The notes under the pieces: generated by a model | The model's database searches: none | What the model was told of the DNA's origin: nothing | The model's input: the letters and a program-made list of their open reading frames with translations, nothing else | Origin: Squalus acanthias | Taxonomy: Eukaryota | Assembly: GCA_030390025.1 (NCBI GenBank) | Contig: CM059443.1 | Location: 8,308,001 to 8,372,000, forward strand | DNA length: 64,000 nucleotides | Direction: 5' to 3' | Position numbers and translations under genes: made by a program | Shown: positions 35,298-47,401 of the stretch, piece by piece | Position numbering within the stretch: position 1 is the stretch's first letter | Layout: every line of letters begins with the position of its first letter

Positions 35298-36000
35298 TTT
35301 CTTCTTCTTAGGCAGTCCCTCGGAACCGAGGATGACTTGCTTCCACATTAAAAATGAGTTCGCAGGTGACTGATGAGTCCAATGCGGGACCTACAGTCTC
35401 TGTCACAGGTGGGGCAGACGGTGGTTGGGACAGGGATTGTTCGAGGCTGGCGTAGAATTCCTCTTTGGTCTCGTCTGTGGCCTGCAGTGTTGGGGCGTAC
35501 GCACTGATGACCGTAGCACACTGGTTCCGGGCTAGGGTGAGCCGAAGAGTCATGAGGCGCTCGTTTATACCGCTAGGAGAGTCTCTGAGACGCCCAACTA
35601 GTTCATTTTCTATGGCGAAGCCTACCCCATGGAGACAGCGTTCTTCTTCAGGTTTGCCTTTCCAGAAGAAGGTGTAACCACCACCTTGCTCCTTGAGCTG
35701 GCCTTCCCCTGCCCACCGGGTCTCACTTAGGGCGGCGATGTCAATGTCGAAACGTCTGAGCTCCCGGGCAACGGTAGCAGTATGGCGTTCCGGTCTGTCA
35801 CTGTTGGGGTTGTCCATGAGGGTCCTGACGTTCCAGGTCCCGAACTTCATTTTAAAGGGTGGAGGATGCCTGTGCGTGAATTCTTTTAACGTGGGGTGGC
35901 CGTTGCACACCAGCTACCACACGGGCTTGACAGAGCAAGGTCTTGGTCCAGTGGCAAGGGGATCCAAGACGATTGGAGACCAGGCTCTGCTACAACGGCC
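35298..36000 (-). mobile_element. Internally deleted RTE (BovB-like) LINE
   Basis: APE N-terminus FGTWNVRTLMD..RELRRFDIDIAALSETR..VISAYAPT fused near 35430 to the element's 3' end ...ccgagggactgcct(aag)n. Confidence 0.85.
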
Positions 36001-36089
36001 TAGCACACACACACACAAACATACTGCTACTGTCCTCCTCCCTCCTTCCCGCAGGTCCCCTCTGCAACTTTAAACGAAGAGGAGTAGAC

Positions 36090-37025
36090 GGGAGTGTAGT
36101 AGTTATATTACTGGACTAGTAATCCAGAGGCCTGGGCTAATCCAGAGAATGCGAATTCAAATCCCACCATGACAGTTTGAGAATTTGAATTCAGGTTAAA
36201 AAAACAAATCAATAAAAGTGGCCATGAAGCTGTCATTAAAAACCCAACTGGTTCACTAACGTCCTTTAGGGAAGGAAACCTGTCGTCATTACTCGGTCTG
36301 GCCTATCTGTGACTCCAATCCCACACCAGCATGGTTGACTCTTGAAGTCATGATGCGGAGATGCCGGCGTTGGACTGGGGTGGACAAAAATGAGAAGTCG
36401 CACAACACCAGGTTATAGTCCAACAGATTTATTTAAAATTACAAGCTTTTGGAGCTGTCGCCCCTTCCTCAGGTAAGTTACAATGAGTGAATCTACAATA
36501 TTTCACAGTATTTAAACACAGAAACTGCAGAGATACAATCTTTCAGGGAAGGTGTCCTTACATCAAAGACACACCAAGAGCACAGCCAAGACAATGAGAT
36601 GTGTCACAGGGGGTCCAAGGTGTCAAATCCTGCTGTCTGCAGTTTTTTTTCCATTAAAAAAACAAACCCAAAAAAAAACAGCAGACAGCAGGATTTGACA
36701 CCTTGGACCCCTGTGACACATCTCATTGTCTTGGCTGTGCTCTTGGTGTGTCTTTGATGTAAGGACACCTTCCCTGAAAGATTGTATCTCTGCAGTTTCT
36801 GTGTTTAAATACTGTGAAATATTGTAGATTCACTCATTGTAACTTACCTGAGGAAGGGGCGACAGCTCCGAAAGCTTGTAATTTTAAATAAATCTGTTGG
36901 ACTATAACCTGGTGTTGTGCGACTTCTCATTTTTGACTCTTGAAGTGGCCGAGCAAGCTACTTAAGTGTGACTAGGGATGGGCGATAAATACCAGCCTTC
37001 GCCAGCGATGCCCACCACCCGAGAA
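36090..37025 (+). mobile_element. tRNA-derived SINE hosting the palindromic Penelope insertion
   Basis: Same family as 13750-14150; halves 36090-36348 and 36933-37025. Confidence 0.7.
36349..36932 (+). mobile_element. Non-coding palindromic Penelope-derived element with opposed hammerheads
   Basis: About 254-bp inverted arms (36387-36640 / 36681-36934), T-run/A-run spacer, 5' tail, 14-bp TSD ttgactcttgaagt; + strand hammerhead at 36844-36881. Confidence 0.92.
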
Positions 37026-37559
37026 TTCATTTTTTTTTAAACTGCTGCGCCCATTCTTCTGGTGTGAGCCTTGACGGTAAATGTTGTTATTCGAGCAGGA
37101 GAGGCAGCATAGCCAAGAAGGATCCTGTCCTCGCTTGGTGTCCATATTAGCACAGTTTCCAGCTGGTGTCGTAGGATGGTGATCATGTATGGGAACGCTG
37201 GCCCATTCTGTCCTCCACCACCACCACTTGCCCAAGTGCACGGAGGCTAATTGTAGGAACATTAACAGCGCCCTGCCTGAAATCAGCTAAGTCTGCAGAG
37301 CCCAGGGTTCGAGCCTGCGATCTCCCTGTCCTGTGTAGCTCAGCGACCAGAGAGCCTGTGGTTATACTTATTTTTAACCATCTAATTTCTTTTTTTAAGC
37401 CCACAGTTTACATGCGCACATTACTACCTAAGCCTTCAGGGAAAGTTGTTTGTTTTTTAAAGCTCTTTGCAGGATTCTCTTCCCTGTTTGGACCCGGGAT
37501 ATGAATTTCGCTTGACATGCACCCATTTATTCATTGCTGCTGTGCATCTAATCTTGTAG

Positions 37560-37694
37560 ACCGACCCCGAGAACACAGACTATGTGATGGAGCACGGAGC
37601 GACGCGGAACTTTCAAGCAGAGAAGCTGCTGGAGGAGCAGGAGAAACAAATTCAGAAAGAGCGGGAGGATGAAGAGCTGAACAACCCGATGAAG
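37560..37694 (+). CDS. YJU2: YJU2 exon 4
   Basis: tag|[45 protein letters not shown]|gtatta. Confidence 0.97.
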
Positions 37695-38199
37695 GTATTA
37701 CAGACTATTTACAGCACAGAAACAGGCCATTCAGCCCAACAGGTCCATGCCAGTGTTAATGCACCACACGAGCCTCCTCCCACCCTTCCTTATCTAACCC
37801 CATCACCATATCCTTCTATTCCTTTCTCCCTGATGTGCTTATCTAGGTAGGCTATCACGGGTCAGTGTGCAAGATCTGGGCGTGGTTTTAGAGCCTATTT
37901 AAAATGTTGCTGTTAATGAAGTTTCTTTTGGATGAAGATTTGGAAAGGAAAGTGCGTTGTAAGTACTCAGTGCCATATTTTTCAGGCAGATTTTGAAACA
38001 ATCCAGTCACCATATAAAGGTTTTATTATTCAAAAGCCTGGGTGAAGGGCAAAAGGAGTTGAAGGGATATGAGAACAGGAGGGGGGAAGGAGTCAGTGTG
38101 ATTAGAACTATTTGCTCGTGTGAGGGATAACAGCAACACGGCCGAAGGGCCTGTTTCTCTTCGAAACACAGTATTGCGATGGCCTGTATCAGACGTGTT

Positions 38200-38805
38200 T
38201 AGGAACAGGAGTAGGCCGTTCAGTCCCTCGAGCCTGTTCAGACATTCAATTAGATCGTGGCTGAATTGTATCTTAACTCCATCTACCTGCCTTGGTCCGT
38301 AACCCTCCATACAGTTGCCTAACAAAAATCTTATCTATCTCAGTTTTGAAATTTTCAATTGACTGAGTCTCAACAGCTTTTTAGGGGAGAGAGTTCCAGA
38401 TTTCCATTATCCCTTGTGTGAAGAGGTGCTTCCTCTCATCCCCCTGATCGGCCTAGCTCTAATTTTAAAGTTATGCACCCTTGTTCTGGAATCTCCCACC
38501 AGAGGAAATAGTTTCTCTCTATCTACCCTATCAAATCCTCCAATCATCTTAAACACCTCAATTAGATCGCCCCTTAATCTTCTATACTCTAGGGAATACA
38601 AGCCTAGCCTATGCAACCTGTCCTCATAACATAGCCCTTTTAGTCCCAGTATCATTCTGGTGTGAATCTGCGCTGCACCCCCTCCAAGGTCAATATATCC
38701 TTCCTGAGATGCGGTGCCAAGAATGGAACGCAGTTACTCTAAATGGGGTCTAACCAGAGATTTATTCAACTGTAACATAACTTCCACCCCTTTGTATTCC
38801 AGCCC
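38200..38805 (-). mobile_element. CR1 LINE 3' fragment
   Basis: YEDRLHRLGLYSLEYRRLRGDLIEVFK motif. Confidence 0.85.
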
Positions 38806-39325
38806 CATTAACTCGGTTGTCACTTTTGTACAATAACATCACCTAGACTTCTTGCATATTTGCGATCCTCCCATTTTTTCCATTGATTACTAATTTATAA
38901 ACAATGTATAATTCTGTCAAAAGGCACAGGCATTCTCCCCATCTGTCCTAAAGGTGTTGACCCTTTCTGGGGATCCACAGGTATCTTCCAGTAGCTCATC
39001 CAAGGACCATTCTTCATGTATGAGCCGAGACAGCGAGCGCTGGAAGACGGTTCGCCATCGAGGGAGCAGTGCTGGCGAGCAAATCCTGATTTATTTGAGA
39101 TCAGGTGCGCACTCTCCAGCAGAGGTCGCTGGGTAGTGTTCAGGAGCCTGATTGACTTTTTCCCCTTATTAAATGGTGAGTTTAATTGTAGCAGCTCAAT
39201 CCCTACACCATGAGAGATCAGGGAGAGCAGCTGGTTCCTTCCTGGTCTGTGCGACTCGGTAGCTGCAGGATTTCGGCGATCCCAGCACTCGTGGTCTTCC
39301 CATGTGTTTGTCTTTTTTTTTTAAG

Positions 39326-39507
39326 ATTCTGGAGAACAGGACAAAAGACTCCAAGATGGAAATGGAGGTCTTGGAAAACCTGCAGGAGCTGAAGGAGCTG
39401 AACCAACGGCAGGCCAACGTGGACTTCGAGGGCATGTTACAGGAGTATCAGAAATACGAGGAGGACCTGAAACGACAGCAGGAGGAGGATGATGAGCGAG
39501 AGATGAA
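39326..39507 (+). CDS. YJU2: YJU2 exon 5
   Basis: aag|[38 protein letters not shown]...EREM(K)|gtaggt. Confidence 0.96.
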
Positions 39508-40890
39508 GTAGGTTAAACTCTCAAAATGCAGAATTGTTCCATTCCCGCTACTGATGCCTGCAAGCGTTAAGACACAAAAAATATAATGGCTTCGGAGGAA
39601 AACTTTCTGCTGAGTTAGCTGATCACAGCTAGGGTGGGGGGGTAGGAGCATTCCAGTTAGGGTCAGTGCCCTAAGGCTGAACTCGAGATTTGGGGGGAAA
39701 TAAATCGAGGGTCCCTTTCCACCAACGAGCCAGCTGTATTTTACAATGTGTGGACAAGATCTGGGCTCGCCTTCACAGTGGAATAGCCTGCCGACACTTG
39801 CCGTCCAGATGCACACGAGGAACGGCTATTGCCGCACGGTACTGGAAGAGAGGTGACGCCTATAGAATGGTGCCACAGCGAGAGAGGGAGGGGAGAAAAG
39901 GACCGCAGCCATTATTTTCCTCCCGCCTCCAAAGAAATCTCTTTTTGTCTGCTTTTTCCTCCCGTTACTTTACAATACAACATGTAACACCCCCCCCGGA
40001 GATATCTGCGCTCCTCTCATTCTGCCCTCTTGAGCATCCCTGATTATAATCGTTCAACCTTCGGTGGCCGTGCCTTCTGTTGCTTAGGCCCTAAGCTCTG
40101 GAATTCCCTCCCTAAACCTCTCCGCCTCGCTTACCTCCCTTTCCTCCTTTAAGACGCTCCTTAAAACCTACCTCTTTGACCAAGCTTTTGATCACCTGCC
40201 CTAATTTATCTTTATGTGGATCGGTGTCAAATTTTTTGTCTTAAAATACTCCTGTGCAGCACCTTGGGATGATTTACTACATAAAAGGTGCTATATAAAT
40301 ACAAGTTGTTGTTGTTGTAGAGATGGCTTGCTTTACCTGGAGACCTGTATTAGTAACGGTGCATTCACACAACTCATTTGGCACCAGCTGCTGTTTTGTG
40401 TGTGTCTCATGTACTGGTTCCTCTATTCCAATGTCTGATGCAGATTACTGACTCTTGTGTTCCAGTAAAATGAAGTGCTGCAGTCACGCTGTGTGTACAA
40501 TGAGGCACAGGTCCCTGCTTTCAGACAGTGCAACTGGAAGCCATTCACCAGCGCACTTTGCATTTGCGCAAAGCTGAAAATTAAGAAACAGTGGGACAGT
40601 ATTTCGAACAAGCTTGAGATTTCTCTCCTTGAGGCCCTAGCAACGGATTGTACAACATACTTTGCTATTAGTATGGTTTCCTGAAGTCTGGAAGCCCTGG
40701 ATCCAGTCAAAATTGTGTTTCCTCACCCCTCCGTCCTTACCTTCCCCCTTGACCCTGTCTTCTCTTTCTCTCCTGTGCTCCTGACCCTTCCCCAACCAAG
40801 CTTACGTATCGGTGAGTTGCCCTGTGGAGAGTTTACTTGCCAGGAATAGATTCCCTGTGTAGATTTTCTCACCTGTTTATATCCTGACAG

Positions 40891-41017
40891 GTCCATGCTG
40901 GAAAGTGCCCACGTAAAGAGAATTCTAGAAGACTCGGACTCAGATGAGGAGCCCCTTAAACCACCTTGCAAACCAAAACCACAAATCCCTCTCAAGCCCA
41001 CAGATATACTTAATGAG
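40891..41017 (+). CDS. YJU2: YJU2 exon 6
   Basis: cag|SMLESAHVKRILEDSDSDEEP...KPTDILNE|gtagga; matches the human RRLLEDSDSEDE...PTAILDE region; phase fits. Confidence 0.92.
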
Positions 41018-41754
41018 GTAGGAGTCTGATTCCTTTCCAAGTGCTTAAAAACTAAGAAATGGACTTCTTGCATTGCCACAAGATCAACACATTTCAGGAA
41101 GGCCATTCAGCCCATCTTGGCTCAGAATATGCAGGAGAAACCTCCAGTCTTCCCCATTTCCCCACTCTATCCTACCCAGAAGTCCTTTCCATTTGTTGAT
41201 CACTCTGTGCATGAGGAACTTCCTGCCATCAGTCCTAAATTTCCCATTCCCCAGTTAGACCCTGTGTCCTATTGTCACGGCTTAGTATGAAGTGGATTTA
41301 CCTTTTCATACCATTTACTATTTTGGATCTTCTCTCAGTCGCTGCCTTTAAGGATGAACATTCCTATTTCTCCACATATGACTCGATCCTCTGACCTTCG
41401 AGATTAGGGTCGTGGCCCTGTACTGCTTCCAGAGATTTATTTCGATGAATGATACAGGCATCAAGTAACAAATGACCAATCCAATGTGCTCTGATTTACC
41501 CAGCACCGAGTGATGGTTGCGGCTCTGAGCACAGGATGATTAGATAATGCTGACTTTCCGGTGTGGACCTGAGCCAGACCGCGCAGAAAGCTCCCAGCTT
41601 CCATCTCCCGTTTGTACAAAGATAGCAGGTCCCAGCCACGGCACGAGTAGAGCGGCTCCGATTGGCCTCAGCGCCCCTTGGTCAAGGAAAGAAAACAATC
41701 CACCATGGTTCCTATTCCTGATTGTCATCCAGAAATCCCAACTGGAAGTGTGCA

Positions 41755-42120
41755 CACACGGGTAAGGGCAGGGTTAGAGTTAGCACACGTGGGTAAGGGC
41801 AGGGTTAGAGTTAGCACACGTGGGTAAGGGCAGGGTTAGAGTTAGCACACGTGGGTAAGGGCAGGGTTAGAGTTAGCACACATGGGTAAGGGCAGGGTTA
41901 GAGTTAGCACACGTGGGTAAGGGCAGGGTTAGAGTTAGCACACATGGGTAAGGGCAGGGTTAGAGTTAGCACACGATGGTAAGGGCAGGGTTAGAGTTAG
42001 CACACATGGGTAAGGGCCGGGTTAGAGTTAGCACACATGGGTAAGGGCCGGGTTAGAGTTAGCACACGATGGTAAGGGCAGGGTTAGAGTTAGCACACGA
42101 TGGTAAGGGCAGGGGTTAGA
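41755..42120 (+). repeat. 31-bp telomere-like minisatellite, left block
   Basis: About 12 units of GGGTAAGGGCAGGGTTAGAGTTAGCACAC(A/G)T. Confidence 0.95.
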
Positions 42121-45100
42121 GTCATAGAGCACAGAAAGAGGCCCTTCGGCCCATCGTGTCTGCACCGGCCATCAAGCCCTGTCTATTCTAATCCCTTTTT
42201 CCAGCACTTGGTCCGTAGCCTTGTATGCTATGGCATTTCAAGTGCTCATCTAAATGCTTCTTGAATGTTGTGAGGGTTCCTGCCTCTACCACCCTTTCAG
42301 GCAGTGAGTTCCAGATTCCAACCACCCTCTGGGTGAAAAAGTTTCTCCTCAAATCCCCTCTAAACCTCCTGCCCCTTATCTTGAATCTATGCCCCCTGGT
42401 TATTGACCCCTCTACTAAGGGGAAAAGTTCCTTTCTATCTACCCTATCTATGCCCCTCATAATTTTGTACACCTCAATCAGGTCCCCCCTCAGCCTTCTC
42501 TGCTCTCAGGAAAACAACCCCAGCCTGTCCAGTCTCTCTCCATAGCTGAAGCGCTCCAGCCCAGGTAACATCCTGGTGAATCTCCTCTGCACCCTCACCA
42601 ATGCAATCACACCCTTCCTATAGTGTGGCGACCAGAACTGCACACAGTATTCCAGCTGTGGCCTAACTAGCATTTTGTACAGCTCCATCATAACCTCCCT
42701 GCTCTTATATTCTATGCCTCGGCTAATGAAGGCAAGTGTCCCATATGCCTTTTTAACCACCTTATCTACCTGTCCTGCTGCCTTCAGGGATCTATGTACA
42801 TGCACACCAAGGTTCCTCTGTCCTTCCTAGGGTCCTACCATTCATTATGTATTCCCTTGCCTTGATAGTCCTCCCAAAATGCATCACCTCACACTTTTCT
42901 GGGTTAAATTCCATTTGCCACTGTTCTGCCCATCTGACCAACCCGTCTATATCGTCCTGTAGCCTGAGGCTTCCCTTCTTGCTATTCCACCAATTTTCAT
43001 GTCATCTGCGAACTTACTGATCATACCTCCTACATTCATATCTAAATCATTAATGTACACTACAAACAGCAAAGGACCCAGCACCGATCCCTGCGGTACA
43101 CCACTGGACACAGGCTTCCAGTCACAAAAACAACCTTCGACCATCACCCTCTGCCTCCTGTCACTAAGTCAATTTTGGATCCAATGTGCCAAATTGCCCT
43201 GGATCCCATGGGCTCTTACCTTCTTGACCAGTCTCCCATGCGGGACTTTGTCAAAAGCCTTACTGAAGTCCATGTAGACTACATCAACTGCACTACCCTC
43301 ATCCACACACCTAGTCACCCCCTCGAAAAATTCAATCAAATTGGTTAGACATGATCTCCCCCTGACAAAGCCATGCTGACTATCCTTGATTAATCCTTGC
43401 CGCTCCAAGTGGAGACTAATTCTGTCCCTCAGAATTTTTTCCAATCATTTCCCTACCACTGATGTTAGGCTCACTGGCCTCTAATTCCCTGGTTTATCCC
43501 TACTACCCTTCATGAATAATGGTACTACGTTAGTTGTTCTCCAGTCCTCTGGCACCTCCCCTGTGGCCAGAGAGGTTCTGAAAATTTGTGTCAGAGCCCC
43601 TGCAATCTCCTCCCTTGCCTCACACAGCAGCCTGGGATACATCTCGTCTGGGCCAGGGGATTTATCCACTTTTAAGCCCGCTAAAACCGTTAGTACCTCC
43701 TCCCTCTCAATGCTAATTTGTTCAAGTATATCACAATCCCCCTGCCTGATTTCTATGCCTACATCATCCTTCTCCATAGTGAACACAGATGCAAAATATT
43801 CATTTAAAACCTCACCTACATCTTCCGGCTCTACACACAGATTGCCACTTTGGTCCCTAATGGGCCCTACTCTTTCCCTGGTTATCCTCTTGCCCTTAAT
43901 ATACTTATAAAACACCTTGGAATTTTCCTTTATTTTGCCCGCCAGTGTTTTTTCATGCCCCCTCTTCGCTCTCCTAATTTCTTTTTTAAGTACCCCCCCT
44001 GCACTTTCTATACTCCTCTAGGGCTTCCACTGTTTTTAGTCCTTTGTATCTGCCAAAAGGCTCCCTTTTTTTCCTAATCCATTCTTGTATATCCCTTGAC
44101 ATCCAGGGTTCCCTGGGCTTGTTGGTCCCACCCTTGACCTTTACGGGAACATGTTGCCGTTGTACTCTCTTTCCTTTCTGAAAGACTCCCACTGCTCTGA
44201 TGTGGATTTTCCTACAAGTAGCTAATCCCAGTCCACTTTGGCCAGATCCTGCCTTATCATATTAAAATCGGCCCTCCCCCAATTTAGAACCTTTATTTCC
44301 AGTCCATCTTTGTCCTTTTCCATGACTACCTTAAATCTCACCGAATTATGGTCACTGTCACCAAAATGCTCTCCTACTGACACTTCTATCACTTGCCCGG
44401 CTACATTCCCTAGAATTAGGTCCAGTACCGCCTCCTCTCTTGTAGGACTTTCTACATGCTGGCTCAAAAAGCTCTTCTGGATGCACTTTAAGAATTCCGC
44501 ACCCTCTAAGCCTTTCACACTCTAACTATCCCAGTTAATATTGGGGAAGTTGAAATCCCCTACTATTATTACCCTATTATTTCTACACTTCTCTGAGATT
44601 TGCCTACATATCTGTTCCTCTATCTCCCCCTGACTGTTTGGGGGCCTATAGTACACTCCCAGCAAAGTGCTTGCCCCCTTTCTGTTTTTAAGTTCTACCC
44701 ATATGGCCTCATTGGAGGAACCTGCTAAGATATCATCCCTCCTTACAGCAGTAATTGACTCCTTGATTAATATTGCGACACCCCCTCCTCTTTTACACCC
44801 CCTCTGTCTCGCCTGAAGATTCTATACCCCGGAATATTGAGCTGCCAGTCCTGCCCCTCCCTCAACCATGTCTCTGTGATAGCAACAATATCATACTCCC
44901 ATGTGTTCATCAACACCTTCAATTCACCTGCCTTACTCGCAAGACTCCTTGCATTAAAATAAATGCCATCCAGCCTTGCCATACTCCCTTGTGCCGTTAC
45001 ATATATTCTCTGCCTTCCAGGCTGACTTGTTTTTTCCTCCATATTTGGCTGTGCATCACCCCCTACTATAGCTCCACTTCGTATCCCATCCCCCTGCCAA
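42121..45100 (-). mobile_element. About 3-kb CR1 LINE (APE + RT, frameshifted) in YJU2 intron 6
   Basis: YFNARSL..DIVAITETWL (APE), SPGPD, YMDFSKAFDKVPH, GVPQGSVLGP, KFADD, FFTQRVV; ctctatga tail at 42122. Confidence 0.96.
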
Positions 45101-45650
45101 GTTAGCACACACGGGTAAGGGCAGGGATAGATTTAGCACACATGGGTAAGGGCAGGGCTAGAGTTAGCACACATGGGTAAGGGCAGGGCTAGAGTTAGCA
45201 CACATGGGTAAGGGCAGGGTTAGAGTTAGCACACGATGGTAAGGGCAGGGTTAGAGTTAGCACACATGGGTAAGGGCAGGGTTAGAGTTAGCACACACGG
45301 GTAAGGGCAGGGTTAGAGTTAGCACACGATGGTAAGGGCAGGGGTTAGAGTTAGCACACGCGGGTAAGTGCAGGGTTAGAGTTAGCACACGATGGTAAGG
45401 GCAGGGTTAGAGTTAGCACACGGGTAAGGGCAGGGTTAGAGTTAGCACACGGGTAAGGGCAGGGTTAGAGTTAGCACACGGGTAAGGGCAGGGTTAGAGT
45501 TAGCACACGGGTAAGGGTAGGGGTTAGAGTTAGCACAAATGGGTAAGGGTAGGGGTTAGATTTAGCACACGCGGGTAAGGGTAGGGGTTAGATTTAGCAC
45601 ACGCGGGTAAGGGTAGGGGTTAGATTTAGCACACGATGGTAAGGGCAGAG
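45101..45650 (+). repeat. 31-bp telomere-like minisatellite, right block
   Basis: About 18 further units (29-32 bp variants) continuing in register after the CR1. Confidence 0.95.
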
Positions 45651-46079
45651 GTAGAATAGCCTGCCGACACTCTCCATCAACATGAAGAATGGTGACGAGC
45701 AAGATACCAGAAGGCCCTCCGTGCCTGTGTGACCATGAATCATGGTATGTGTGTATGAACAAGCACCTTTTAAGAGAGAAAGGAAGGAATTGGGGAAGGG
45801 TGAGAGGATATGATTGAATTGTCCAACCTGTAAATCCCTGATTAATCCAGTGAGGGAGGAGCAGAGTAGAAGGATTACTCATGTTATCCTCACTGCACTT
45901 GATGTGTTGAAGTGCATACAGGCGGCACTAATAACCCTATGTGTTGAAGGCTGCACTAACAACCCTATTTTATTTTTTTTACTTTGAGAAGTTGCTGCCC
46001 ATGTGCAAGTTAATAGGGTATTTGTCATTGTTCTTTTATTTCTTGTTGCGGTTTTAATTTCTGTGTCTCTTTGCGACAG

Positions 46080-46257
46080 AATCCTGATCATCAGAGTAAG
46101 AAACTGAAGCCGGAGAGTTGGGAGATGAGTGTGGGAAAGCTCAGCGGAAAGTCTCATCTCTCTGGGTTGGTGGTGAAGCGAACGCAGACCAAGAAAGCAG
46201 ATTCAGCGGACCTCGGGGAAGGAGTCGGTATCCAAAAGGTCTGCCCGACAAGCAGTG
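46080..46257 (+). CDS. YJU2: YJU2 exon 7
   Basis: cag|NPDHQSKKLKPESWEMSVGKLSGKSHLSGLVVKR...|gtgagc; matches human WEQSVGSL..LSRLVVVKK. Confidence 0.9.
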
Positions 46258-46502
46258 GTGAGCATTGGGTCCAAAATACAGGGAATCGATTGTGTTTCTT
46301 TTTTCATTTTAGACTGAATAGAGCATGTGTTTTATTACAAAAATCCTGTGGTTAATTTACTTCTCCAGGCACTGTGGGCTCACCAGTGAGTGTTCCCATC
46401 AATAGCCCCTCTCTTGATTTTGATGTTGAAAAGTTAGTCTGATCTTCTATGACACACAACCCTGTCAGTCTTCACATCTTCGACATTTGATAAGCTGACA
46501 AA

Positions 46503-46913
46503 CCTCAGTTGGTAGCACTCTCGCTCAAAGTCAGAAGGTTTTAAATTCAAGTCCTACTCCAGAGACTTGAGCACACAATCTAGGCTGACACTCCAGTGCT
46601 GCACTGTCAGAGGTGCCGTCTTTCAGATGAGACGTTAAACCGAGGCCCAGTCTGCTCTCTCAGGTCGACGTAAAAGATTCCTGACCCGATTCAAAGAAAA
46701 GCAGGGGACTTCTCTCCAGTGTCCCGGCCAATATTTATCCCTCAACCAACATCACTAAAACATATTATTTGGTCATTATCATATTGCTGCTTGTGGGACC
46801 TTGCTGTGCGCAAATTGGCTACCGCGTTTCCGACAAATAAAAATGCTTAATGGGCTGTAAAGCGTTTTTGGGACGTCCTGAGGTCGTGAAAGGCGCTATA
46901 TAAATGCAAGTCC
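46503..46913 (+). mobile_element. DeuSINE (SacSINE1-like)
   Basis: gtgccgtctttcagatgagacgttaaaccgagg core; aaaggcgctatataaatgcaagt tail. Confidence 0.85.
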
Positions 46914-47261
46914 TTTTAATCAGCTGTCAATTTTTGTAAAGCTGCTCCCACCTCCGAAATAAATGCGAGGGTAGACATATCAGGAAAGGATGAACAGGCT
47001 GGGTCTCTTTTTCTCTTGAAAAAAGAAGGCTGAGGGGTCACCTAATAGAGGTCTTTAAAATTATGAAAGGTTTTGATAGAGTGGATACAGAGAGAATGTT
47101 TCCACTTGTGGGGAAGAGCATAACTAGAGGCCATCAATAGAAGATAGTCACCAAATGAGACTGAGGAACAATTTGTGCACCAGCTGAGTTGCTCTGACTC
47201 GTCATTTAACAAACCTCTGTCTTTTAAATAGTTGGGCTAAATTTTTATTTTCGTGTTCTAG

Positions 47262-47401
47262 ATGCCAGAGATCGGAATTCTGTGGTGTTGCCTGCCTCAG
47301 TAGTGTTAGCAGCTCCGAGCTCGCAAGTATCAGCAGCCTGTAATTCCTCCTTGAGCCTTCTGGGGGCGTACTCTGACAGCGAAGGAAGCAGCAGTGATTA
47401 A
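47262..47401 (+). CDS. YJU2: YJU2 exon 8 (terminal)
   Basis: tag|...SSLSLLGAYSDSEGSSSD*TAA; matches human SSLSQLGAYLDSD; the exons total 1032 nt in frame. Confidence 0.93.

Noticed and set aside
38980-39125. Poison or cassette exon in YJU2 intron 4
   Set aside because: Weak polypyrimidine tract and weak donor; nothing in the sequence alone supports it
42225-45105. Plus-strand ORFs across the large CR1 and similar ORFs over SINE/L2 copies
   Set aside because: Antisense shadows of retroelement sequence
41755-45650. CRISPR-like array or true interstitial telomere
   Set aside because: Units are contiguous with no unique spacers, the DNA is eukaryotic, and there is no (TTAGGG)n run
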